Positions 1 to 9,150 of a stretch of 64,000 nt of DNA are shown here, one piece after another. The stretch is from Candidatus Eiseniibacteriota bacterium. GTDB lineage: Bacteria; Eisenbacteria; RBG-16-71-46; JABDJR01. The notes below the pieces were generated by a model. The model saw nothing but the letters and a program-made list of their open reading frames with translations. It was not told the origin of the DNA and did no database searches. Position numbers and translations under genes: made by a program. How positions within the stretch are numbered: the first letter of the stretch is position 1; each line of letters opens with the position of its first letter. The stretch is taken from assembly GCA_963762255.1 (NCBI GenBank), contig CAVXKA010000002.1:416001-480000 (forward strand). Direction: 5' to 3'.

Positions 1-525
1 GACGTTGATGAGCTGGGGCAGCTCGTCAATGGAGGTTCGCCGAAGGAACCGCCCGATCAGCGTCACCCTCGGATCGTTGGCGATTTTGAAGACGGGGCCC
101 TCCGCCTCGTTGAGATGGAGGATGAAATTGCGGGACTCGTGGGCGCCGTCCACCATGCTGCGAAACTTGTAGAAGATGAACGGTTTCTGGTGCTGGCCCA
201 GCCGGATCGAGCGATAGAGAATGGGGCCGCGCGAATTGAGCTTGATGGCCAGCGCAATCAGCGGGATGAACGGCAGACACAGAACGAGGGCGACAGCGCT
301 CCCCACAACGTCCATGAATCGCTTCCCGTACCGTTGGTAGAGCGCGTCTTGTCTGGCCAGCGATCCCGCGGCCAGCGTCGCAGGTGGGGGCAGGTCCGCC
401 TTGACCCGGGCCGCGCTCGCCCTCGCGGGTTTCGCGGCCACAACGGCCTCCGCTCCCTTCATGCCTGGAAGGAAGGCGCTTTGGGAATCCCTCTGGGCCG
501 GCTTGTACATAGGTTGCCCGCTCAT
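1..525 (-). CDS. Priming phosphoglycosyltransferase (bacterial sugar transferase, WcaJ/WbaP-type catalytic domain), 3'-truncated by window edge
   Basis: Absent from the ORF track because it has no stop in the window. Manual translation gives ...YGKRFMDVVGSAVALVLCLPFIPLIALAIKLNSRGPILYRSIRLGQHQKPFIFYKFRSM...DPRVTLIGRFLRRTSIDELPQLINV, with the KFRSM, DPRVT and DELPQ motifs. In-frame ATGs at 525, 510 and 462. Confidence 0.93.
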   Translation of the reverse strand, partial: MSGQPMYKPAQRDSQSAFLPGMKGAEAVVAAKPARASAARVKADLPPPATLAAGSLARQDALYQRYGKRFMDVVGSAVALVLCLPFIPLIALAIKLNSRGPILYRSIRLGQHQKPFIFYKFRSMVDGAHESRNFILHLNEAEGPVFKIANDPRVTLIGRFLRRTSIDELPQLINV

Positions 526-983
526 GTTGCGCTCGGCGAGAAAGGGGACACCCAGAGGAGCGAACCGCTGGCGAGCCCGCCGCAGATCGAGAAGCTCAGA
601 AACACCCCCCCCGGAATCATGCGCGCAGGGCACTGCCTGGTTGCCGGTGGAGATGGGTAGACGTGTGTTTGGGCTCGCACTGGTGATTGATCGGGACTCC
701 GGCTTGCCGCTCTGTTTCCCGCCCCGTTCCGACGCAGGAAAAAGGTCCAATCCAAGGTGCACGGTTCTGAGACGCCGCGGTCGACCTGTTTCCGCCCCGG
801 AAGGTCGACCCAAAGTGCTTGGCCGCCGCCCGGGTTGGAAGCTGCTAGTTACCCTAGCGATGCTGCGCTGTAGCCAGTTGGAATCCCGTCAATCACCCCC
901 GTCCAAACCGTCCGTAAGGAGGTCGAGGAGCCGGGTCGTCGGGGCCGGCCGGTTCGGGCCAAACCCAACTTCCACGTGTCAAA

Positions 984-1013
984 ATGATAGCAGGGTCGGC
1001 AAGCGGGGGTCAA
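984..1013 (-). promoter_or_regulatory. Putative sigma70 promoter for the priming sugar transferase
   Basis: Minus strand TTGACC (1013-1008), 18-nt spacer, TATCAT (989-984) with TG extended -10. A perfect palindrome GATCTTAAGATC lies at 1018-1029. Confidence 0.55.
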
Positions 1014-1073
1014 CTGCGATCTTAAGATCTTGTTAAGTCCAGAACCTTCTGCGTGTCCATCGCTTCGCCCCGA

Positions 1074-3536
1074 TCACCGCACGTCGACCGTGTCAATCCA
1101 TGCCCCCTGCCACCGCCCCTGTTCGCTCCAGATGTCGCGCCATGCAATGCGCGTGAACATGGGCTGCTCGACCACACGTACCGAGGCGGCGTATCGACCC
1201 GGGGGCAGCTCGGCGGGCAGGACGACCCGCGGGGAATCGGCGACCGCCGCCATACGCGGCCAGGATGTAGCGGGCCACGCGCCCAGGAACGGAGGAAGGA
1301 TCACTCGAAGGGGTGCTCGCATCTCGCGTTCCCCTCGGGTCAGGATCCCGATCACCCGATTCGCCTTGCCCGGCGTGGAGAAGTCCAGAGGTCGGAGTTT
1401 GAGATGCGCCTCCACGGGCCACCCCTCCCCGCTGCCGTCCCGCGTCCACCAGAACACCAGGGTCGCCTCGCGCCCTCGCGTGAAGGCAATCGGCATCTGA
1501 ACCGCTCTCAGACGCACGCCCCTCGCGGCGCCGTCGACGACGGAGACCGCATCGCCTCGCGGCTCGCCGAGCGCGGGGGGAAAGACCGGCGGACGACCCG
1601 ACGGTTCGCCGGTATCCGCCACGCGGTAGAGTCGCCAGCCTGGCGAGCGCCCCGCCTCGGTGAAGATCGGCGTCGCCTCCGAGAACTTCGCCGCGCGGGC
1701 GGCGTCCAGGACTCCCCCGCCGACGGCGCCGAATTCCCGGCGAAGCGGCTCGTCCCCCCCGTCCGCCACCAGAACATAGCGGGCATGCACCGCCCGTAGC
1801 CGGGCGCCCGCGTCATCCGCAGACAGCGATGGACTCAAGATCGCGTTCAGGGTGTTGAGTCGATGGAGCCCCGACGGATCGAGCGGGTGTCCGTGCTGGT
1901 GATTGACCGTGATGGGATCGTGGGGAGTCTCGGCCGCGATCAGGGAGGAAACCCACGGATCGGCTGCCACCACCTCGCGGCCTGGAATGGCGCGGAGCAA
2001 TTCGAGCGCGCCGTCGACACCCTCGGGACGCCAGCCGGCAACGCGGCCGGGAGAGAAAGCGCCCAGCGCTCCCGGGAGCGCCACGACGAGGAGAATCGCC
2101 AGGATCGGGCGCAGACCTCCGACGCGTCCCTTCCAGGAACCGGTGACAAGCGCAGCGAGAACGAAGAAGAAGGGGTTGAGATAGAGCAGCTTAATCGGGA
2201 GCGAGCTGGTGAAACGTGCGGCGATATCGAAGAGCCCGGGAAGCACTGCGAACAGGATCGACGCGGCGGCGGCCGCGCGCAAGTACGCGCGTCCGACGGT
2301 GTCTCCCAGCGATCGCGCTGCGGGCTCGACGAGCAGGAGTCCGAGGAGCCCCAGCCAACCCAAGCCGCGGTGAATCTCGGGAGGCCACAGCATGCTCGTC
2401 CATGGGCCGAGAGTCAGGACCGGCATCGTCTGCCGATGAAGCGGGTTGACCTCGCCCATGGCTTCACTGAGCCGCCATACCAGGACCGGCGCTGCGATGA
2501 CCAGAGCGGCGGACAGCGCAGCGACGATGCGCAGGCACCGAATCCGATCACGCATCAAGAGGAGAAGCATGAGCAGCGCCGGGAGAAACACAAAGGCGGG
2601 CGCCATCGGGTGAACGGCGGCTGAGACCAGCGTCAGCACGCCGAAGAGGATCACCCCGGAGCGTTGAAAATCTCCCACAAGTTCGAGCAGGACGCTGGTG
2701 CTCACCCACGCGACGGCGAGCCCCAGGTGCGCGCCATAGCCGAGCCGAACCACCCAGGCGCCCCCTTCCCCACCGACGAAGACGAAGGCCAATCCGGCAG
2801 ACAGGATCGCGCCACGCCACCGCAGGCCGAGACGCAGCGCCAACACGAGGAGGCCGGCCAGCCAGGACAGAACCAGCACCGCCGGAGCCGCCCGCCATAT
2901 CGATCTGGCAGGAACGTCGGCGAGCGCCGCGGCGAGAGCAAGCCCGACGGAGAATATCCCCTTGCGCGGATCGGTGCGATCGACCTCTCCCGGCGGTACG
3001 AGTCCCTGGCGAGGGAAGAACTCCCCGGTATCGAGGATCTCGTTCACGGTGGCCATATGATCGGGCCCGTCGGTGCCGGGACCCACGGGCGCCCCGGCGC
3101 GGGCGGTCAGGATCACGGCCACGAGCAGGATGCCCAGAAATACGATCGAGGCCCAGCGGGGCGGTGCCTCCTCCGCCTCTCTGCGCCACGCCAGCACCAG
3201 CGAGGCCAGCGCGACCGCGAAGACTCCGAAGAGGTAGGCCGCACCGAGTGGAAGCACTCCCCAACCCAGTGCCCATCCGAACGCGGCGGTTGCGAGCACC
3301 GGGAGAAGCGAGAGGGGCGTGGCCAGAGCCGCCACTGCCGGCCAACCCCCGCGCGCGGCCCCCGGCCATAGAAGCGCCAGGGCCGCACCGGGGATCACGA
3401 AGACGGAAACGAGCGCCGCGGCGGCGCGAACCGGCCAAGGGCATCCGAGGGGGCGCGCCAGAGCCAACAACGCGATGCTCAGCAGAAAGAACAGCAGGAG
3501 CGGGAGACGTTCCCGCCGCGCAATCGCCGCGTTCAC
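1074..3536 (-). CDS. Large polytopic membrane protein, GT-C-like glycosyltransferase with soluble C-terminal domain
   Basis: GTG at 3536 overlaps the upstream stop (GTGA). More than 12 hydrophobic segments, a DGPDH motif in the first large loop, and a C-terminal beta-rich domain (TLVFWWTR...LPPGRYAASVRV). Lies in the polysaccharide operon. Confidence 0.6.
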   Translation of the reverse strand: MNAAIARRERLPLLLFFLLSIALLALARPLGCPWPVRAAAALVSVFVIPGAALALLWPGAARGGWPAVAALATPLSLLPVLATAAFGWALGWGVLPLGAAYLFGVFAVALASLVLAWRREAEEAPPRWASIVFLGILLVAVILTARAGAPVGPGTDGPDHMATVNEILDTGEFFPRQGLVPPGEVDRTDPRKGIFSVGLALAAALADVPARSIWRAAPAVLVLSWLAGLLVLALRLGLRWRGAILSAGLAFVFVGGEGGAWVVRLGYGAHLGLAVAWVSTSVLLELVGDFQRSGVILFGVLTLVSAAVHPMAPAFVFLPALLMLLLLMRDRIRCLRIVAALSAALVIAAPVLVWRLSEAMGEVNPLHRQTMPVLTLGPWTSMLWPPEIHRGLGWLGLLGLLLVEPAARSLGDTVGRAYLRAAAAASILFAVLPGLFDIAARFTSSLPIKLLYLNPFFFVLAALVTGSWKGRVGGLRPILAILLVVALPGALGAFSPGRVAGWRPEGVDGALELLRAIPGREVVAADPWVSSLIAAETPHDPITVNHQHGHPLDPSGLHRLNTLNAILSPSLSADDAGARLRAVHARYVLVADGGDEPLRREFGAVGGGVLDAARAAKFSEATPIFTEAGRSPGWRLYRVADTGEPSGRPPVFPPALGEPRGDAVSVVDGAARGVRLRAVQMPIAFTRGREATLVFWWTRDGSGEGWPVEAHLKLRPLDFSTPGKANRVIGILTRGEREMRAPLRVILPPFLGAWPATSWPRMAAVADSPRVVLPAELPPGRYAASVRVVEQPMFTRIAWRDIWSEQGRWQGAWIDTVDVR

Positions 3537-4534
3537 GGCGCCGCCCCGGGTACCTCCTCTCTCACGGCGCGCGTGAGCGAGAAGCGCTCGCGGCGAAGGT
3601 GGTAGAGCCCGAGCAGCGTAATGGGGATGAACGAGATCGCATGGTAGTAGAGCGCGTAGCTTGCCGCGATGGAGCGGGTCACCCCGTCCTTCTCGAAGAG
3701 CATCATGCCGTAGATGGCCGCCCACTCGAAGGGCCCCACAAAACCGGGAGCGGAGGGGGCCATCACGGCCAGGGCCGTGAGCACGAGCAGGACGACTCCT
3801 GCCTGGATGGGAAGGTGCAAGCCGAACGCAAAGAACGCCAGGTAGTAGCTGAGCGTCACCACCAGCCACACTAGCACCGAGAGCGCGGTGATCCACAGGA
3901 GTCTGCGCCCCCGGGCAAGCACCTCGAACCCGTCCACGAAGCGGTGGAGGAGCCCGCTCACACGCCGGCTGTGGCGCTCGGGGAGCGGAGAGGCGAGCAC
4001 CTCGAAGAAGCGAAGGGTGGCGGCCCGCTTCCAACGCAGAAACAGCATCGCCACGAAGAGGATCACGCAGGCCGCGAGGGCCACGTATCCGGCCGCTTGG
4101 AACTTCGGATCGAACTTGTACCAGGGGAGAAGCAGCGCCAGAAAGAACAGGATGGCCAGAAGGTCGAACGCGCGCTCGACCACGATGGTGGCGAAGGCGC
4201 TGCTCTTGGAAACACCGGAGCTGTGACCGACGGCGTACGCGCGGACGATTTCCCCGAGCCGCGCCGGATAGATGTTGTTGGCCATGAACCCGATCATCGT
4301 CGCGGCATACGCCTTACCAAGCGGGACGTGTCGGATCGGCTCCAGCATAAGCTTCCAACGGTAGGCGCGAAGCCAGATAGAGAACACGGTGACCAGCACG
4401 ACCGGGATCGACCACCAGTAGTTGGCTTCGCGTAGCGCGGTCATGGTGTTGGCGAAGTCGATGTCCTTGAAGGCGAAGTAGAGGCACACCACGGTCACCA
4501 GGGCTCCGAGGATATTCAACCAATAGCGCTTCAT
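3533..4534 (-). CDS. Lysylphosphatidylglycerol synthase TM-domain (UPF0104) flippase-like protein
   Basis: ATG at 4534 (ATGA overlap). Motifs LRAYRWK, GFMANNIYPARLGEIVR, VERAFD and APSAPGFVGPFE. Confidence 0.88.
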   Translation of the reverse strand: MKRYWLNILGALVTVVCLYFAFKDIDFANTMTALREANYWWSIPVVLVTVFSIWLRAYRWKLMLEPIRHVPLGKAYAATMIGFMANNIYPARLGEIVRAYAVGHSSGVSKSSAFATIVVERAFDLLAILFFLALLLPWYKFDPKFQAAGYVALAACVILFVAMLFLRWKRAATLRFFEVLASPLPERHSRRVSGLLHRFVDGFEVLARGRRLLWITALSVLVWLVVTLSYYLAFFAFGLHLPIQAGVVLLVLTALAVMAPSAPGFVGPFEWAAIYGMMLFEKDGVTRSIAASYALYYHAISFIPITLLGLYHLRRERFSLTRAVREEVPGAAP

Positions 4535-6075
4535 TGCCTCTCCTTGACCGGCCGCCCCACCAGGATTGGCTCGATCCGGTTCCAGATCTCGGGGTTCACA
4601 CGCTCGATCAGGGAGCGCTCTGACGGTCCCAGCACGCGGAACACCCTCAGCCCCGCCCAGAAGATCAGAATCCCCGCCAGTACGAACACGGCCAGGGCCG
4701 CCGGACTCCTCACCCACCCCCGAAGCGGCCAGAGAAGGAGCATGCCCCCCGAGGCCGCGTAGATCCGTCCGAGGAACCCCCAGGGCAATCGCAGGCGCAC
4801 CCCCATGCGCCGGAGCACCCAGAGGTAGGGAACGGGAGACACCAGAATCACCAGCGACACCGGAATCACCGCGCCCCACAGTCCATAGCGCGGGATGAGC
4901 AGGATGTCGAGCCCCACATTCACCGTAGCGTTGACCGCATAGATGCCGAGCCCCAGCCAAGGACGCTCCAGCACGTACAGCACCATGCTGAGCGGCGTGG
5001 ACAGGAACGAGACGCTGAAGATGAGGAAAAAGACCTGGCAAATCGCACCCGCCTCAAGGAACTCTCCTCCATAGAGAAGGTGAATGGCCAGATCTCCAGT
5101 CAGGATTCCCCCCACCGAGAGCGGGGCCACCAAGAGGAACAGGAGTTTATAGTACGCGCTCGTGGCGCGCTGCAAGGCGTCGCGATCGCGGGTGTAGATC
5201 TCCGAAAAGCCTGCCATGACCAGGGGCCAGATCGCCCCCGGTACGAACTCCAGGATCATCTGCGGGAAGCGGTACGCGAGGTCGAAGAACCCCGCCTCGG
5301 CGGCGCTCCGAAAGTGACCCAGGAAGAGCACTTCGCTCTGGCGCCAGGTGATGAGGTTGAGGATACCGATCACCAGGAAGGGGGCCGAGTAGCGTAGCGC
5401 CTTCCCGAAGCCAGCGCTCCCGTCCGGGGGCACGCACGCGCTCGCCGGGCCGGCGCCGAAGTACTTCGGCGCGCGCCGCAACAGCCAGAGAGCGAGGACT
5501 CCGTTGGACACGGCCGACGCCCAGAGCACCCCGGCCACACCCGCCCCGGACCACAGAAGAAATGCCACCACGGCGACGTACACCACGGTCGATACGACCA
5601 CGGCGGCGCTCACGCCCCGGGAATCGTAGTGGGCATTCGCGAACTGGGTGGCGGTGTTCCCCATCACCTCGGGAAGAAGGAGGGCGGTACCGAGCAGGAG
5701 CAGCCCCGCCACCGTGGGATTGCTGAGACTGCTGATCCACGGGCGGAGACCGGCGAACAGAGTGACCGCCACGAGCCACAACCCCGCCTGAAGAAGCAGG
5801 CTCAACGCGAGCGCGCGGCGGGCGCGGCGAGTTTCCCCGGAGAGACGCCACGCCGGGAGGTAGCGCAGAAGCCCCTGAGTGAGCCCGGCCCCTACGACGA
5901 TCCCCACGAACGCGAGCGTGGTCCGCAGAATGGCCAGCACGCCGTATTCATGAACACCGAGCCCTCGCACCACGAGAACCGAACCCACCAGCCCGAGCCC
6001 CATGCGCAGGAGCCGCGCGAGGACACCCCATCCCAATGCCCCGCCGAGCTTCTGGACGTGGTCCTCGCCGGTCAC
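4531..6075 (-). CDS. Wzx-type oligosaccharide flippase (MOP/PST family)
   Basis: GTG at 6075 (GTGA overlap). About 14 TM segments, with RGLGVHEYG, AEAGFFDLAYRF and NVGLDILLIPRYGLWGA. Confidence 0.85.
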   Translation of the reverse strand: MTGEDHVQKLGGALGWGVLARLLRMGLGLVGSVLVVRGLGVHEYGVLAILRTTLAFVGIVVGAGLTQGLLRYLPAWRLSGETRRARRALALSLLLQAGLWLVAVTLFAGLRPWISSLSNPTVAGLLLLGTALLLPEVMGNTATQFANAHYDSRGVSAAVVVSTVVYVAVVAFLLWSGAGVAGVLWASAVSNGVLALWLLRRAPKYFGAGPASACVPPDGSAGFGKALRYSAPFLVIGILNLITWRQSEVLFLGHFRSAAEAGFFDLAYRFPQMILEFVPGAIWPLVMAGFSEIYTRDRDALQRATSAYYKLLFLLVAPLSVGGILTGDLAIHLLYGGEFLEAGAICQVFFLIFSVSFLSTPLSMVLYVLERPWLGLGIYAVNATVNVGLDILLIPRYGLWGAVIPVSLVILVSPVPYLWVLRRMGVRLRLPWGFLGRIYAASGGMLLLWPLRGWVRSPAALAVFVLAGILIFWAGLRVFRVLGPSERSLIERVNPEIWNRIEPILVGRPVKERQ

Positions 6076-7202
6076 ACGCCCTCCGCGATCCGTCGTCGCA
6101 ACGCGGGGAGCACGGCGGTGATGTGGTCGGCGGAAAGGGAGATCTCGCGGTCGGATAGGAAGCAGGCATCCGAAGTGGGATCCGCGGGGTCGTATCCGTG
6201 CATAGCGGCCAGGGGCGCGCGCCCCATATCGCTGGGGAGGATCAGCTCCCCGGGGTCGGCGACGAAGAAGTGGTCTCCATATTCCCGGTCCCGGAAACGC
6301 ACCCTCCAAGCATCCAGGGTCGGCTGATCGAGGACGCGCCCCCACGGGCGACTCTTCAGGACGGCCAGCAACCGCCCTGGCTCCCGCACGTCCCAGAAAC
6401 GAGCCACCGTGGAGTCGAAGAAACCGCGGTAGTCCCTCCCCCGCACGAGACCTTCGGCGGCAAGTTCGCCCATCAGGTCGCGATGCCCTGTGATGTCGGT
6501 CATCCCATGATCCGAGAAGAGCGTCACGCCGAGCGGACCGCGGGCTTCGAGCTCCCGGATGAAGGCACCCAGGTTTCCCTCCAGCTCGCGTACCGTCCGG
6601 TCCAACTCCACATGCTGCGTCCCCACCCGGTGTTGGACGCTATCGATTTCGGTGAGGTAAAGAACGAGGACTTCGGGAGTTTCCCGCTCCACCGCCGCTC
6701 GCGCTCGCACCAATTTCTCGGCGTCGCTCACCCGCCAGTCGGAAACGTGATACCGCAGTCCTCCGGTCTCAAGGTGATCGATCAGGCTGGGAGTCCCGGG
6801 AAACGCCCCGGGAGCCCAGGTATCCGCACGCTCCACCGGCTCCAACTCCGCCAGGATCTCCAGGGGAATGCTGTACAGGCTGAAATATCCTCGTATGTCG
6901 TACTTATTCTTCCAGTACTCCTGGAGGCGGCAGCGCACGCGCCACCGCTCCCCGGGCCGGCCCGGCAGACGGGCGATCCACCGACCCGCGCGGAACGGAG
7001 AGGTCTTCCGCGCCCGGCGATAGAGGAACCAGTGGCCGTGTTCCTCGGGCCACGCGCCGGTGAGCAGCGAGGGAATCGCCGTGCTGCTGTACCCGAACAC
7101 GGTGGCGAGCCGGCGGCGATGAGGCAGGCGCTTGGCCATGAATCCGGTGCGCTCGACGGTGAGCCACCCCAACGCATCCACCAGCACGATGAGCTGAGTC
7201 AC
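6072..7202 (-). CDS. Alkaline phosphatase superfamily protein (nucleotide pyrophosphatase/phosphodiesterase type)
   Basis: GGAGG RBS before GTG 7202. Metal and nucleophile motifs VLVDALG, YSSTAIPSLLTG, EIDSVQH, FSDHGM and MHGY. No signal peptide. Confidence 0.85.
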   Translation of the reverse strand: MTQLIVLVDALGWLTVERTGFMAKRLPHRRRLATVFGYSSTAIPSLLTGAWPEEHGHWFLYRRARKTSPFRAGRWIARLPGRPGERWRVRCRLQEYWKNKYDIRGYFSLYSIPLEILAELEPVERADTWAPGAFPGTPSLIDHLETGGLRYHVSDWRVSDAEKLVRARAAVERETPEVLVLYLTEIDSVQHRVGTQHVELDRTVRELEGNLGAFIRELEARGPLGVTLFSDHGMTDITGHRDLMGELAAEGLVRGRDYRGFFDSTVARFWDVREPGRLLAVLKSRPWGRVLDQPTLDAWRVRFRDREYGDHFFVADPGELILPSDMGRAPLAAMHGYDPADPTSDACFLSDREISLSADHITAVLPALRRRIAEGV

Positions 7203-7210
7203 CCCGCCTC

Positions 7211-8311
7211 CTACGGATGCCATTCGGTCACCACCGCGAGCGCGCGCTCTTTCCATGACCTTCCGGACACGGACCTGCCACCCCCCAGCGACGCGCCGTA
7301 AAGAAGTTCGCTCATCTCACGCATCCACCGCGCCTCGGCATCGACCGCGCGACCACCCAGGAGGGCCCGCCGGACCCTTCGCAGAGCGTCGCGAACGTTC
7401 GACGGGCGCCGCCCTGCCCGCCTTCGCAGCAGTTCGGGATAGACCTCCCAATCGAGGATCGCAGTGCCCAGGCGCACCTCCTCCGCCGCCCGGAAGCCGC
7501 GCTCATGGTGCTTTCGCGCCTCCCACCACAAGGCGGCTGCGTCGCTCGCCGCGATCGGCATAGGCTGCCGACGAAAGGCGACCGCCCGGGCATAGGCGTC
7601 CAAGTACCCCTCCGCAGCCCAGCGCGTGAGATCGGGACGACTTGCGAGCAGCGCTTGCCGGCCCGCTTGACTGGGGACATAGGCGTTGCTCCGCAGCAGA
7701 GCGGCATCCCCCCCCGCAGTGACGGACTTGTGAGCCGCGATGGTCGCAAAGCGCAATTCGTCAGGATCTTCGGAGACGGATCCCAACCCCGGGGCGGATC
7801 CGGACCAGAGTCGCGCACCGGCCCAGAGAAGAGCGAGTCCCCGATTGAGCAAGAGCCGGGATCCCTCGGCGGGATCGATATCGCCGATCGGGATGCGCTG
7901 CAGACGCGGCGCGTCACCCGGCCCTGCCCACAGGAGCCTGTGTGCTTCCCCCAGCTCGTACCAGAACAAGGTCGGAGGCGCGACAGCCAGATCCCGCGGC
8001 GTGAACAAGCCCAGATCCACGAAGTCGATTTCCAACTCCCGTGCCAGGCGGCGGGAGAGCTTGGCGAACCGCTCCGGCCGGCGCGGGCGCACGGAAAAGA
8101 CGAGCAGGACATCGTAATCGTTGAAACCCCGCAGCGTGCCATCGTCGGCGATCCGCACCGCCCCTTCCCCCCGCGCATATCCCCCGAGAAGGAACATGGC
8201 CAGCAGGGAATCAAGAGCAGCCTCGGCGCGGACCGCCTCCACGATGTGTGCCAGATCGCCGGCCACCCGAGCTTCTGCGCCGGGGTTTGCCACTGCAGTG
8301 AATGGCGTCAT
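7211..8311 (-). CDS. Pol-beta-superfamily nucleotidyltransferase with helical C-terminal domain
   Basis: ATG 8311 (ATGA overlap). Motif LLGGYARGEG...NDYDVLLV, plus a third Asp strand (DFVDLG). Confidence 0.7.
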   Translation of the reverse strand: MTPFTAVANPGAEARVAGDLAHIVEAVRAEAALDSLLAMFLLGGYARGEGAVRIADDGTLRGFNDYDVLLVFSVRPRRPERFAKLSRRLARELEIDFVDLGLFTPRDLAVAPPTLFWYELGEAHRLLWAGPGDAPRLQRIPIGDIDPAEGSRLLLNRGLALLWAGARLWSGSAPGLGSVSEDPDELRFATIAAHKSVTAGGDAALLRSNAYVPSQAGRQALLASRPDLTRWAAEGYLDAYARAVAFRRQPMPIAASDAAALWWEARKHHERGFRAAEEVRLGTAILDWEVYPELLRRRAGRRPSNVRDALRRVRRALLGGRAVDAEARWMREMSELLYGASLGGGRSVSGRSWKERALAVVTEWHP

Positions 8312-9123
8312 TCGCGCCCCCCCCTGACGAGACCCGAGAACTGCGCGAACCGATAGGCGGCGGCGCGCGGCCACCGACGGCCTTCGCCTTCCGCCGCCAG
8401 CCTCAGCGCGTCGCGCCACACTTGCCGAGGCCATCCCTTCACAAGGAGGCCCCACCCGACCCGGTCTCCCTCGATGGCGCGGCGAGCTCGAGCTTCCGCG
8501 CGGCAGCGTGCGTGGACCTGCGGCAGCGTGTAGTGGTGCGAGTGCTTCACCTCCGCCTCCGGCGCGTAGGCGATCGTGAATCCACGGCGACGCACCTCCA
8601 TCGCCCAGAAGCGGTCTTCCGAGATGAGTACCGCTTCGTCGAAGGGCACGTCCTCCCAGACCGAGCGCCGCGCGGCGGAGTTGACGTTACTGTAGAGCAC
8701 CGTCGGTTCTCCGTGCATGGGGTAGCTTCGCTCCAGTTCCCAACGCTCGAGAGCGAAACAGCCGTCGCGGGGCACCTGACGGCCGAACACGGCGGCCACG
8801 CGCAAGTCCGCGAGCGGGGCGACGAGGCGATCCAGCCAATGCAGGTCAGCGGGGAGAGCATCCTGACTCAGCATAGCCACGACAGGAAAGCGGGCCTCTC
8901 GAAAGCCGAGGTTCGTGCTGCTGGCGTGGGTGAAGCGCGATGGCTCGATCTCCAAGAGACGTGCGCCGGCATCCCGAGCGCGCCCCGGCGTGCCGTCCCG
9001 AGACCCGGAATCCACCACCAAAATCTCGGCGGGCGTCAACGACTGAGCGGCAAGCCGATCCAGGAGTCGAGCGAAGTCCTCCCCCGGGTTAAGCGTTCGC
9101 AGGAGGACGGAGACTGCGGGCAT
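8308..9123 (-). CDS. Glycosyltransferase family 2 (rhamnosyltransferase-like)
   Basis: Motifs VSVLLRTLN, VVDSGSRDGT, LSQDALP, SEDRFW and V.HSH. Confidence 0.9.
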   Translation of the reverse strand: MPAVSVLLRTLNPGEDFARLLDRLAAQSLTPAEILVVDSGSRDGTPGRARDAGARLLEIEPSRFTHASSTNLGFREARFPVVAMLSQDALPADLHWLDRLVAPLADLRVAAVFGRQVPRDGCFALERWELERSYPMHGEPTVLYSNVNSAARRSVWEDVPFDEAVLISEDRFWAMEVRRRGFTIAYAPEAEVKHSHHYTLPQVHARCRAEARARRAIEGDRVGWGLLVKGWPRQVWRDALRLAAEGEGRRWPRAAAYRFAQFSGLVRGGRE

Positions 9124-9150
9124 CGACGGCGGGGGGACCGTGTTCGCGCC

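Noticed and set aside
115-1799. Plus-strand ORFs 115..660, 401..1036, 1030..1500 and 1053..1799
   Set aside because: Arg/Pro-rich with no motifs. They overlap the real minus-strand sugar transferase, its promoter region or the GT-C-like gene.
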